From positions 1-64,000 of the forward strand of contig JAXLNO010000675.1 in the NCBI GenBank assembly GCA_038087875.1: a stretch of 64,000 nucleotides of DNA. The letters run 5' to 3'. The translations under genes were made by a program, and so were the position numbers. Shown here piece after piece: positions 22,818 through 34,779 of this stretch (position 1 is its first letter; each line of letters starts with the position of its first letter). The notes under the pieces are model-generated. The model was not told where the DNA came from. It searched no databases and saw nothing but the letters and a program-made list of their open reading frames with translations. Source of the DNA: Malacoraja senta. Its lineage: Eukaryota.

Positions 22818-24529
22818 CGTTTCTGCGGCCGCAAACGAGACACCAGGATGGTATGTTGCCTCCCTGGTGCAAGGGTCAGGGATGTCACTGAACGGCTGCA
22901 GAACATTCTGGAAGGGGAGGGTGAACAGCCAGTTGTCGTGGTGCACATTGGCAACAACTATATAGGTAAAAAATGGATGAGGTCCTACAAGGTGAATTTA
23001 TGGAGATAGGAGATAAACTTGAAAGTAGGACCTCAAAGTTAATAATCTCTGGATTACTACCAGTGCCACGGTCTAGTCAGAGTAGAAATAGGAGGATATT
23101 GCAGATGAATACGTCGCTTGAAAATGGTGCAAGGGGGAGGGATTCAACTTTCTAGGGCATTGGAACCAGTTCTGGGGGAGGTGGGACCAGTACAAACAGG
23201 ACGGTCTGCACCTGGGCTGGAATGGAACCAATGTTCTTGGGGAAGTGTTTGCTAGTGCTGTCGGGAAGGATTTAAACTAATGTGGCAGGGGGGATGGGTC
23301 CAAGAGCAGAGAGGCAGAGGGGTGTAAAATGAGGGTAGAAGCAATAGGTAGCAAGGCGAAAAGTAAAAGTGGCAGGCAGACAAATCAAGGGCAAAAATCA
23401 AAAAGGGCCTCTTTTCAACATAATTGTATAAGGGGTAAGAGTGTTGTAAAACAAGCCTGAAGGCTTTGTATCTTAATGCAAGGAGCATTCGTAATAAGGT
23501 GGATGAGTTGAATGTGCAGATAGTTATTAATGAATATGATATAGTTGGGATCACGGAGACATGGCTCCAGGGTGACCAAGGCTGGGAGCTGACCATCCAG
23601 GGATATTCAATATTCAGGAGGAATAAACAGCAAGGAAAAGGAGGCGGTGTAGCGTTGCTGGTTAGAGAGGAGATTAACGCAATAGAAAGGAAGGACATTA
23701 GCTTGGAGGATGTGGAATCGATATGGGTAGAGCTGCGAAACACTAAGGGGCAGAAAACGCCAGTGGGAGTTGTGTACAGGCCACCTAACAGTAGTAGTGG
23801 AGTTGGGGATGGGATCAAACAGGAAATTAACAATGCGTGCAACAAAGGTAAAACAATTATAATGGGTGACTTCAAGCTACATATAGATTTGGGTGAATCA
23901 TATTGGCAGGGGTGCTGAGCAAGAGGATTTCTTGGAATATATGCGGGATAGTTGTCTAAACCAACATGTAGATGAACCAACGAGAGAGCAGGCTATTCTA
24001 GACTGTGTATTGAGTAATGAGGAAGGGTTAGTTAGCAGTCTTGTTGTGCGTGGACCCTTGGGCAAGAGTGACCATAATTTGGTTGAGTTCTTCATTAGGA
24101 TGGAGAGTGAGATTGTTAATTCAGAAACAAGGGTCCTGAACTTAAAGAAAGGCGACTTTGAGGGTATGAGACGTGAATTGGCCAAGATAGACTGGCAAAT
24201 GATTCTTAAAGGGTTGACGGTGGATATGCAATGGAAGGCATTTAAAAACTGCATGGATGAACTACAACAATTGTTCAGCCCAGTTTGGCAAAATAATAAA
24301 TCGGGGAAGGTAGTGCATCCGTGGATAACAAGGGAAATCATGGATAGTATCAAAAAAAAAGACGAAGCGTACAAATTAGCCTGAAAAAGCAGCCTACCAG
24401 AGGACTGGGAGAAATACGGAGTCCAGCAGAGGAGGACAAAAGGATTAATTAGGAAAGGGAAAATAGATTATGAAAGAAAACTGGCAGGGAACATAAAAAC
24501 TGACTGCAAATGTTTTTTATAGATATGTG
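22818..24529 (+). mobile_element. Internal CR1 segment (ORF1 esterase-like C-terminus + ORF2 endonuclease) in opposite orientation, no tail
   Basis: CLPGARVRDV..VVVHIG, YLNARSIRNK, GITETWL, VVYRPP, MGDF and SDH motifs. Confidence 0.88.
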
Positions 24530-25338
24530 TCCCCTTTTCCTAATCGGCCACCATTTAGATAATAGTCTACTTTCCTGTTTTTGCCACCGAAGTGGAAAAC
24601 CTCACATTGATCCACATTATACTGCATCTGCCATGCATTTTCCCACTCACCCAACCTATCCAAGTCACCTTGCAGCCTCCTAGCATCCTCCTCACAGCTA
24701 ACACTGCACCCCAGCTTCGTGTCATCCGCAAACTTGGAGATGTTGCATTCAATTCCCTCGTCCAAATCATTAATATATATTGTAAATAGCTGGGGTCCCA
24801 GCACTGAGCGTTGCGGTACCCCACTAGTCCTGCCTGCCATTCTTAAAAGGACCCGCTTACTCCTGCTCTTTTCTTCCTGTCTCCTAACCAGTTCCCCACC
24901 CACATCAATACTGAACCCCCAATACCGTGTGCTTTAAGCTTGCATACTAATCTCTTAAGTGGGACCTTGTCGAAAGCCTTCTGAAAGTCCAGATATAACA
25001 CATCCACTGGTTCTCCCTTATCCACTCTACTACTTACATCCTCGAAAAATTCTATTAGGTTTGTCAGACATGATTTACCTTTCATAAATCCATGCTGACT
25101 TTGTCCAATGATTTCACTACTTTCGAAATGTGCTGCTATCCCATCTTTAATAACTGACTCTAGCATTTCCCCCACTACCGATGTTAAACTAACTGGTCTG
25201 TAATTCCCCGTTTTCTCTCTCCCTCCCTTTTCAAAAAGTGGGGTTACATTAGCTACCCTCCAATCCACAGGAACTACTCTAGAATGTAAAGAGTTTTCCT
25301 TAAGCACTCTGGGATTCAGCCTATGTGGCCCTGGGGAT
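24530..25338 (-). mobile_element. Continuation of the CR1 RT region begun at 22094
   Basis: NYRPVSLTS, DFQKAFD and KFADD; resumes ~12 bp after the point where 22817 broke off. Confidence 0.9.
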
Positions 25339-25970
25339 GTTTGGGGAAGGGGGTTGTGGGGGAAGGGGGTGGTTGTGGAAGTGGTGGTGTGGGTGGGGAG
25401 GGGGAAGGAGGTGTGTGGGAAGGGGAGGATTGTCGCATCAGACGCATCTCGCATTGTGCTCACCCCGCACCTTCTGCTTTCGGCCTCATGTAGCAGTTGC
25501 CGGTCCCACTCCGACGTCACTCAGAGGCTTCCGGTTCAATTTAGCAGATCCCATCTCGTCGTGCTGGTCGCCGCAGTAGCAGCCCGCACGCTGCTCGCTG
25601 CTCGCGGTTCTCGGCCCGCTCGCTGCGCTCTTCCCGCATGCTGCCCACGGACTCAGCCCCGTCTCCGGGACTTTATTCTCCGCGGGTGCCATAAGAGACG
25701 TTACCAACATGGTGACTGATAGGCGAGAAGACAAATCTGCTAATCTCACGATTTTTTAAACCTCCATAATTTTTCTAATATTTCACCGAATGGAACAAAG
25801 CTTGGTGCACCTGGAGCAGAGGAGAACGGTGAGTAAGGCGGTGAAAAAATCCTAGCGATATACGTTACAGTTTTTGCACAAATTTAACAAAAACTCAAAC
25901 CGGAGGAGTGCAATATGAGAGTTTTAGTAATAATATATAGAAATAATAGAATATAAATTAGATAGAAGAT
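25339..25970 (-). mobile_element. Putative non-autonomous Helitron 5' portion (paralog at ~50697-51345)
   Basis: On the - strand it begins with AT-rich TCTATATATTATTACTAAAACTCTC (TC at 25941), resembling a Helitron 5' end, followed by a GC-rich body. Confidence 0.5.
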
Positions 25971-25977
25971 AGAAAAT

Positions 25978-28900
25978 ATTTGCATAAGATCCCCTATCAT
26001 CCTTCTAAATTCAAGTGAATGCAAGCCCAGTCGTTCCATTCTTTCATCACATGACAGTCCCGCCATCCCGAGAATTAACCTTGTGAACCTATGCTGCACT
26101 CCCTCGATAGCAAGAATATCATTCCTCAAATTAGGAGACCAAAACTGCACACAATACTCCAGGTGTGGTTTCACCAAGGCTCTGTAGGACTGAAGAAGTA
26201 CCTCTTTGCTCCTATACTCAACTCTTCTCGTTATGAAAGCCAACATACCATCAGCTTTCTTCACTGCCTTTACTTTCAGTGACTGATGTACTAGGACACC
26301 CAGGTCTCGTTGTTCAGATAATAATCTACCTTCCTCTTTTTGCTACAAGAGTGGATAACCTCACATTTTATTTCGAAGTCACGTGAGTGACTACGTGAAG
26401 AAGCCCGCCAGCCCGCATGCGCGTCAATACGTCTAGCGCATGGCGTGAGTCGGAGCAGTTTTCGCACTGCTCTACAAGGTAAATCAATTTTCTCCCAGCC
26501 GCTCTGTAGCGTGCCCAAGGTAGCTATTGAGGCGGCCGGGGGTTTGGGCCGCCGTGGAACCTCCACTGTAGCTAGAGTAAGTAGTAATTTGCGCCGCACT
26601 TTGAGCTCTCCAACGGGAGCAGGCGGCTGAAATTGTAGGGCTTCATTGCGGCTGTTGCCGTTATAGTCTGCACGGCAGCAGACGGCCCAAATTGGAGTCC
26701 TCAGAGGACCATGGATCTCCTTTACACTGGATACCAGCCAGCTGGAGAAACAATAAGCTTTGGTGGGCATCTCCCAATGATGGAGAAAGTCCAAAGCATT
26801 GACAATGGTGTGCAGGTTGTTTTGTATTTTTTCCATTAAAATATAGTCAGCAATTTCTTGATTGAATCAGCACTGTGAACAGTTTGATTCAACCACCAGA
26901 CTGGCTGAAGTGATCAATGCCCAAAGCAATAGTATGAAGGATTTGTATAATAACAAACCATACAATCTAGCATGAGGTGATTCTTTCAGCTTCTCAGCTC
27001 ATGCACAGCTTCTCAGGGATATCATGAACGTTGGTCTTCCTTCCCTGATCAAAAGCATTATGGAGTAAAAGAACACACCACTCTACAAGCAAAAGCTAGA
27101 GAGAACTGTTGCCAAGTGAATCACTGGATACTGCAGTGATGGCAGGGTGATGAGGGATTGCTCCCAGAGTGTTAGAAAAAAATGAAACAATACCATAACC
27201 AAGTACTCAAAGAATATGGAACAGTGCTGCGCAGAGTCTGTGATGAACACGATACCAAGTTAAACTATTTCTTACTGCCTGCCCCGCCGGACAGGTTAAG
27301 TGATTGCAGCTGCCGGCATTAGAGCTCCATACGGGAGCTGTCAGACTGCAGGAGATTTCCAGCAGCAGGTGAGTTTTAAAAATAGGCGCTTAGGTATCTC
27401 GTAGCACCAAACAATTTTAACATAGTTACTGCTACAGATATACTGCAGCAGCATATAATGTATACTTTATTTTGGACGGCTATAATAGAGTTGGCATTTA
27501 TAATAGTTGACACGGGGTCATGTTTGTGACTATCATAGCCGATAGCATTCTAAAGTCAGGTTTAATTCTTTGGCAATATCACAAATATGTCTTATCATGC
27601 CAATTAAGTTTATGTTTTAAAATAGATAATTACAAAGGACTTTATTATCACTTACACCAATGATGTAGTGGAATTGGACCTGCCATTGCAGTCCAGAGCT
27701 CCTGGCTTGGGAAGCCTTGTTTGAGCTGTACCTATCAGTCACCTGTGGGAGCTACACCTGGTGGCGTCATGATGTGCGATGTATATCAGTAAATTGTTAT
27801 GCAAATATTCCTCAACATTTTCCTAATTGGACCAGTATCTTAACATGATTATGCTTTCAGCAGCTGATCTCAGCATAAAGAACACAGCCTTTACACAATC
27901 TCTGGCTTAGTCTCCACGTCATACTGACATACGGGTAGCTTGTTATAGAAATAACCTCATAAGCAAATGAGCAGGATTGCGTACATTTGAGGTTGACAGC
28001 ATACCCACCAGAGCAGAGATCAGGGATGTCATTGAAATGGGAGGAAGTTATTTTGTTTCAATAGTCTCAAGATATTGCTGATGGCTCATTAGCAGCCAAT
28101 CCAATGGATTTCCCTTTCATCATATAGCATGAGGTTTACATAGTGCGGGTTTATAAATTATAAATTTGGTGGAATATGTCTGGATAATTGCAGATAGAAT
28201 TATGCACGTTGTTGCATGAGTTATTGTCTAACTAAACAGTCTATTGGGACTACATGCCAGTTTAGAACAATGGCCATGTATGCAAGTTAGCATCATGATA
28301 ATAATAACTCATGTTTTTCATACCATTAATGGTTTAACTTTTTGAGTTTCACACACAGATTGACTCACTGCATGAAACCACAGAGCTTTGAAATCTTCAC
28401 GTAGTCACTCACGTGACCGAAATAAAATAGAAAGATTAAACGAGAACTTACCGTTTGACGTTTGTTCTTTATTTTATGAGGTTGAAGTGAGGGATTACGT
28501 GCTCTCCACTCCCAAACCTACTTCTCACAAAGATCATTCGGTAGTTCTAATCTCGTTAATCTTCCTATACCTTAGGTCAGCAACTATTCTGTGGTTTCAT
28601 ACAGCTACTTTGAACATTGACGCGCATGCGGGCTGTCGGGCTTCTTCACGTAATCCCTCACTTCAACTTCTCATAAAATAAAGATCAAACTTCAAACGGT
28701 AAATTCTCGTTTAGTCTTTCCATTTATCCACATTATATTGCATCTGCCATGCATCTGCCCACCCACTCAACATGTCCAAGTCGCCCTGCATCCTCATAGC
28801 ATCCTCTTCACAGTTCACATTACCACCCAGCTTTGTGTCATCTGCAAAATTGCTAATGTTACTTTTAATTCCCTCATCTAAATCGTTAATGTGTGTGGTA

Positions 28901-29835
28901 AATAGCTGCAGTCCCAGCACCGAGCCTTGCGGCACCCCACCAGTCATTGCCTGCAATTCTGAAAGGGATACGTGAATCCCTACTCTTTGTTTCCTGTCTG
29001 CCAACCAATTTTCTATCCATGTCAATACTCTACCCCTAATACCATGTGCTCTAATGTTGCCCACTAATCTCCTGTGTGGGACCTTACCAAAGGATTTCTT
29101 AAAGTCCAGGTGCACTGGCTCTCCCTTGTCCATTTTCACTTGTTACATCGTCAAAAATTCCAGAAGATTTCTCATGTATGATTTCCCCTTCGTAAATCCA
29201 TGTTGACTCGGACCGGTCCTCATCCTCTCTCATGCGTCCATTGTCCCCTTTATTCAACTGCAACACCAACACTTCCGATTTTACCTTCTCGCTCTCAAAT
29301 TGCAGGTAAAACGTATCATATTATGGTCACTACCTCCTAATAGTTCCTTCACCTTGTGTTCCCTTATGAAATCCGATTCACTGCACAACAATAAATTCAG
29401 AATTTCCTTCTCGCTGGTAGGCTCCAGTGCAAGCTGCTCTATGCATCCATCGCGGAGACACTCTACAAACACCCTTTCTTGGGGTCTAGTACCAACGTGA
29501 ATTTCCCAGTCTACCTGCATTTTAAAAAGTCCCATAACCACCGTGTCATTACCTTTGTTACATGATAATTTTAACTCCTGATGCAACTTGCACCCTTCTC
29601 TAGGCTACTGTTTGGGGGCCTGCAGACACTACATTAGTGTATTTTTACACTTACAATTTCTCAGTTCTATCCACAATGACTCCACTTCTGATTCTCTGTG
29701 ACCCATCTGAAGGGACTGAATTTCATTGTTTACCAACAGAGCCACCCCACCCCTTCTGCTCCAGTGTCTGTATTTTCGATAGGACGTATACCCCTGAATA
29801 TTCAGTTTCCAGCTCTGATCCTTGCAGTCATGTCT
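25978..29835 (-). mobile_element. Old, internally deleted CR1, split by the DIRS-derived element (uninterrupted paralog at ~51345-52865)
   Basis: LVKPHLEYC (25884-26264), FADD (28711-29139) and endonuclease remnant (29281-29586). Confidence 0.8.
26365..28724 (+). mobile_element. Non-autonomous DIRS1-type element (ITRs + internal complementary region, no RT/YR recognisable)
   Basis: Left terminus ATT-TTATTTCG..GTCACGTGAGTGACTACGTGAAGAAGCCCG; inverted right ITR plus extension at ~28617-28724; ICR at 28394-28501; ATT at both ends; empty site CTCAC-ATT-TATCCAC at 51733-51747. Confidence 0.88.
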
Positions 29836-29844
29836 CTATAATTA

Positions 29845-30890
29845 AATAGACAATAGACAATAGACAATAGGTGCAGGAGGACGCCATTCAATCCTTCGAG
29901 TCAGCACCGCCATTCACTGTGATCATGTCTAATCTTCCACAATTAGTACCTCGTTTCTGCCTTCTCCCTATCTACCTTGCTCCCACAACATCGTACTTAC
30001 CAATTTCTAACTGAGCCTCAAAGCTCATCCACTTTATTTCTTATAATTCGCGCATTCATATATAACATTTATAATTCGGTATTCACCACCCCTCCACACT
30101 GGGTCCCATTTCACCTGCCCTTACCCTCTTATCCCTTCTTGAACTTTCCGTCCCATTTATTCGGCTGTCTTTCGTAAGGTATTGAACACTACAACCTCCA
30201 AATAAGCTCTGAACTGCATATAGAGTCAAAGATTGATACAGTGTAAAAACAGGCCCTTCAGCCCAACTTGTCCACACCGGCCAACATGTCCCACCTACAC
30301 TAGTCCCACCTGCCTGCGTTTGGCCCATATCCCTCCAAACCTGTCCTATCCATGTACCTGTCTAACTGCTTCTTAAACGTTGGGATAGTCCCTGCCTCAA
30401 CTACCTCCTCCGGCAGCTCGTTCCATACACCCACCACCCTTTGTGTGAAAAAGTTACCCCTCAGTTTTCTATTAAATCTTTTCCCCTTCACGTTGAACCT
30501 ATGTCCTCTGGTCCTCGATTCCCCTACTCTGGACAAGAGACTCTGTGCACCTACCCGATCTTTCCTCTCGTGATTTTATACAGCGGAGGGGAATCGAGAA
30601 CCAGAAAACATAAGTTTAAAGGAAGGGGGAGAAATTCAATGGAAATCTGAGGGGTAACTTTTATATTCAAAGGGTTATGGATGTATTAAATATGCTGCGG
30701 TAGAAAGTCGAGGAGGCAGGTACTATCATAAAGTTTATGAGATATTTGGACAAGTACAGATAGGATAGGTACTGGGGCAATCGCTGGCAGGTGGCCACTG
30801 GTGTAGATGGGACGTGTTTGTCGGTTTGAACTTGTTGGGCCGAAGGGGCTGATTCCACGTTCTACGACGATATGGCTATCACACTATGAG
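29845..30890. mobile_element. Cluster of short CR1 3'-end fragments in both orientations (paralog at ~52875-53925)
   Basis: GACAATA tail at ~29850; SRTRGHRF..FFTQRVV..WNELP on - at 30300-30536; degenerate + copy at ~30580-30890. Confidence 0.7.
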
Positions 30891-30893
30891 TCT

Positions 30894-32400
30894 ATGACAA
30901 TGGCCAGGAATACCTGAACCCATCCCTATCTCATGTGGGTCAAGACTTTAATTAGACTACTGTTAAATGTCCTGTTAATTCCCTCCACTAATCCAGAACG
31001 CTGTGGGTGGTGGTGAATGTGAAGTTGCCGTTTCATCCTAACAAGATACAAGCTTCCGTCCCCTGCAAAATGCATTCCTCGGTTGGAGTCTAAATGAAGA
31101 GGGACTCCCCCATCCCGGTAATGTTTATTTCTCTAGTCTGCAACTGGGCTACTGCATGGGAATGCCTCCAGCCAGCGGATAAAGTGTTCAAAATTTACGA
31201 AACAGCACCTTTAATTTAGAGACAAGAGCAAGGTCCAGTAAAATTTACCTGCATATATTTGTAAACAGGCAATGCAATCTCTCCCATCTGAACATCAACT
31301 GTTCGATACTGCGATTAACTCACCTGCTTCTTGGAGCCGCACTCTATTATGCAGAGGTTGTAAAATTATGGTCCCACTCAGTGTGATGGCTTCTAAGACT
31401 TATAACGGCATGTCCCGCAGGCGAGAGCTTGAGCACATCAATGCATCCCAGCCACCACTGGACATTACTCAGTTGAACAGAATGCAATTGGCCTCATTGC
31501 TTCCATGCTTTTATGTTACTTTTGACGTAGAGCAACTTTATTCAATATTACAGCACAAATGGAAGGTTTTCTGCAGATTTGTGAGCCCAGAGCTTGAGAT
31601 TTTATCGGTCGTATTTGATATTTGGAAATTCCCAAGTGTGCTCTCACCACTGTGCGCTGAATTCGCGTTTAGTTCACCTGCGGAGGTTTTGCCAATTCAA
31701 ATTAACTTTCCACAGAATTGCTCCCGTAATTAAATATACCCAATACTGTCTTATACATTTCTCTGTTAACAATTGGGGCAGGTTCATATTACCGTCTTTT
31801 ATGTCCTTAATGTTAAATGATCCACTTGCAAATCACTTAAACCCTATCCCAACATTGCCTACCACACGGTACATTAAATATCTTCCACTCGCTGCTTGTC
31901 TGAAATAGAGAATAGTGTGTCTACTATTGCCATGCGCTGATGGGCACAAAGTGCACAACTCAAAATACATTTACCCTTGCGATTAGTTGTTGTCCAGGCT
32001 CTTTCAATTTATCTTTTTTTATTTTAGAATAATTACCTCAGAAGCATTTTGGATCGGACGAAATCGACCCGCGTAATATATTGCATGGACCCGCATTTGG
32101 TTCTCACCTGACACATGCTGAATTTCAAGCACAATAAATATTTGCATTCTTGAAGAGAGGAAACCTGCCTGTTTATTTACATTTTACAAGACAAACACTG
32201 GGAATACATCAAAGCAAGCTTTTCCAAGAGAACTCAACCTGAAAATCAGTAATTAAAGTTATTTACCAAAAAAATTACACTCTTTGGAAATGCATTGTTG
32301 TTAACAAAAAACATATCTATGAAATACCATTTCCGAAATAATCGATTTCAAATTCGTAGTGTACGCTAATTATAATATTCGTAAATACCAATTTATTTCT
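30894..32400 (-). pseudogene. Ancient ERV-like pol remnant: RT thumb/connection and integrase core (paralog at ~53929-55660)
   Basis: Manual translation across frameshifts gives VLGIFNY..ELAKP, GLTNLQKTFHL, RPIAFCSTE..PVVAGM..CAQALA, MQVNFTGP, FIRWLEAFP, GVPLHLDSNRGMHF, HPQRSGLVEGINRT and GWVQV. The upper boundary is approximate. Confidence 0.72.
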
Positions 32401-33214
32401 GCAATTTTTAGTTTATGGTTTAGAGATGCAACGTGGAAACAGGCCCTTCAGCCCTTCGAGTCCGCACCGACCAGCGATCCTTGCACATTAACACTATCCT
32501 ACACACAATTATGTGACTGATCTGTCGTTGAATCTAGCTTCACCTGGTGCCCTGTCGCCCTTGTAATCTTTGTTCAGATCGGGAGATCACCAAACAAATC
32601 TTCGTCAAGACGCGGTGCGATTCTGGCACATATCCGTTTATTCAAGGACTGAACAGTACATATTGGGAAACACTTTGAATGGATTCAAACCATTGAGTTT
32701 ACTGACATTTTTACCTACAGATTGTTTAATGGCTCGCGACACAATAGTTATAAGAAGATTCCATGTTCTTGAAATATGTCATCAGTGAACAAAGTTTCCT
32801 TGTAGTCTTTCATTCTTGTTTTAGATCTGTCGGGTTTACCTCTAACATTCTGTTTCCTGATTCACCCGATTATCTGGCAAATGCGTGTCATAAAGCGACA
32901 CCACTTTTCTCATAATCAGCCCTATGTTTCGGTTTACTCCAGCCAAATAGACCTAGTAATCTAAACATTTCCTAAAATTGTTTATATATTCTCCGAATTG
33001 ACTATTTAGTTACAGTACGTTCACACTTATGACTATTTCCCCCACCTTTCTTCTCTCCTTCATGTTCATCGATTGCAGCTCCGAGTTCAACATCGGCATC
33101 CGATCCGAAACTACTCATGTCAACAAGCTCAGGGAACTGTCTCTGTGCTCACCCCTATGCAACTGGATTCTGAACCACCTCATCAACAGACGACCATTAG
33201 TTCGAATTGACAAC

Positions 33215-34420
33215 ATGTCTACATGCACCTCCACTAACCTCATCTACTGCATCCAGTGTTCCACATGTGGGCTCCTGTAAGTCGCCGAGACCAAGTTTAG
33301 ACACACGACCGATATGCTGAACACATACGTTCGATCTGTCAAGGCCTATTGGATCTTCCTGTGGCTAACCATTTTAACTCTCCTTCCCATTACCACACCA
33401 TTCATTTCTGTCTTGAGCCTCCTCAATTAACAATATAATGTTCACTCAATAATCTGAACATTTGTAAAACGCAAATGACTCCATGACTATGACTCTCTGT
33501 CAGTAAATATATGTCATCACATCTCCCCATAAATTCTTACCACTCAAACTCTCTTGTCCAGCAAAGTCGCCACACTTTCTTTTTCTCCGATTTGTTCTTT
33601 TCGTTCTACAGCTTACGATCACCTGACAACAATATTGGACCGACTCTGACCATGGGCGGCAAGATTAAATGTAACAATCCAATTAGTAACCACTTTGTTG
33701 GAGGGCTCATAATTTTGATATGTCAAGGGTTACTGAATATTCCAGTGGCGAATCATTTTAACTCCCCTTCCCATTACCACACCATACATTTCTTTCCTGA
33801 CCCTCTTCAATGCGGCAGGAGCACCTCATATTTTGTTTGACTACAACCAAGCGGTAAAACACCCCGCCTCCTCCATTAAAAGTCGGTTAACCAGTTGGCA
33901 GCTCACAATGATCTGTCCCTCTTGGGATCACAGTCACTAGCCTTGGCCTTTCAAGGAGACACCCTGATTGAGGTAATGTGTTACTGGCCCTGGTTTGTCC
34001 TGGTCTTTGCTTGCTTTCAGCGCAGCCGACCCCACAATCAGTCAGCAGAAGGTTTACGACCCGAAACGTCACCTTGTGGCGGCAGCCTATACACGGGCCA
34101 CTTATGCTCGAACCCTCTTCAGGAAGTACCAGGGCGGGCACGTGACGTCATGGGCTAGAGGGAGTGTCCTGGTACTTAAGGTCATCTCACCTCGAGACCA
34201 CCAGGGAGTCAACCGGAAGCTGAGCCCTCGAGAACAACCTCGCTCAGCTACAGCAACAACATTAATATAGTTAGCGCACCAACCTAACGTGTCGACCCTT
34301 GAATAAACAACTGTTTGAACCGACCTGACGTCTCATCTTTATTCACCACGTCCGGTGCCGCTACAACCTATACATTTTCTCCGTCGATGCTGCCTAACCC
34401 GCTGAGTTACTCCTGCACTT
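33215..34420 (+). mobile_element. Decayed Penelope-like 3' remnants (GIY-YIG pieces and degenerate pseudo-LTR; paralog at ~57015-57935)
   Basis: TCTSTNLIYCIQC..CGL, PVANHFNSPSH (twice) and CCGAAACGTCACCT..GATGCTGCCTAACCCGCTGAGTTACTCC. Confidence 0.75.
34075..34365 (+). mobile_element. Solo LTR (291 bp), probably Gypsy-type
   Basis: TG...CA ends, 9/10 terminal inverted repeat (TGTGGCGGCA / TGCCGCTACA), 4-bp TSD ACCT (34071-34074, 34366-34369), AATAAA at 34302; absent from the paralogous site at ~57883. Confidence 0.88.
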
Positions 34421-34779
34421 GGTCCTCTCCTCTGCCTGATCTTGCCCGTTGACTGCGGAATTCCCGCTTTCTCACGCTGACCACGTAGGTTTAGTCCGGT
34501 TGTTTCCGGCACCCCCCATATTTCAATGATGAGGTAGAGTGTACACTGTAAATTCCCCCCGAGTATCCTGCTGAAATTTGAATCGCTGGGGTGGTGGGAT
34601 TATGGGGGTAATAGAATATATGGAGAATGCAATCGATGTCAGATTAATGTAGGTAGCAGGTTGATGCTCGGCGCGGTCTCGATGAGCGCAGAGGCTGTGA
34701 GCGTGCAGCATCTCTCTATAAATCTACGATCCTAACCATTGACACTGTAATTGTCTCAGCCTTTATCATTCTGCAATGT

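Noticed and set aside
31272..31733. 153-aa + strand ORF also present at 54532-54912, suggesting a conserved gene
   Set aside because: It is antisense to the ERV-like pol remnant; its presence in both places is explained by the segmental duplication, and it has no recognisable motifs.
34040..34075. Additional hammerhead motifs here and at ~57852-57886
   Set aside because: The core reads CAGCAGA instead of CUGANGA and helix II is disrupted; these are decayed remnants.
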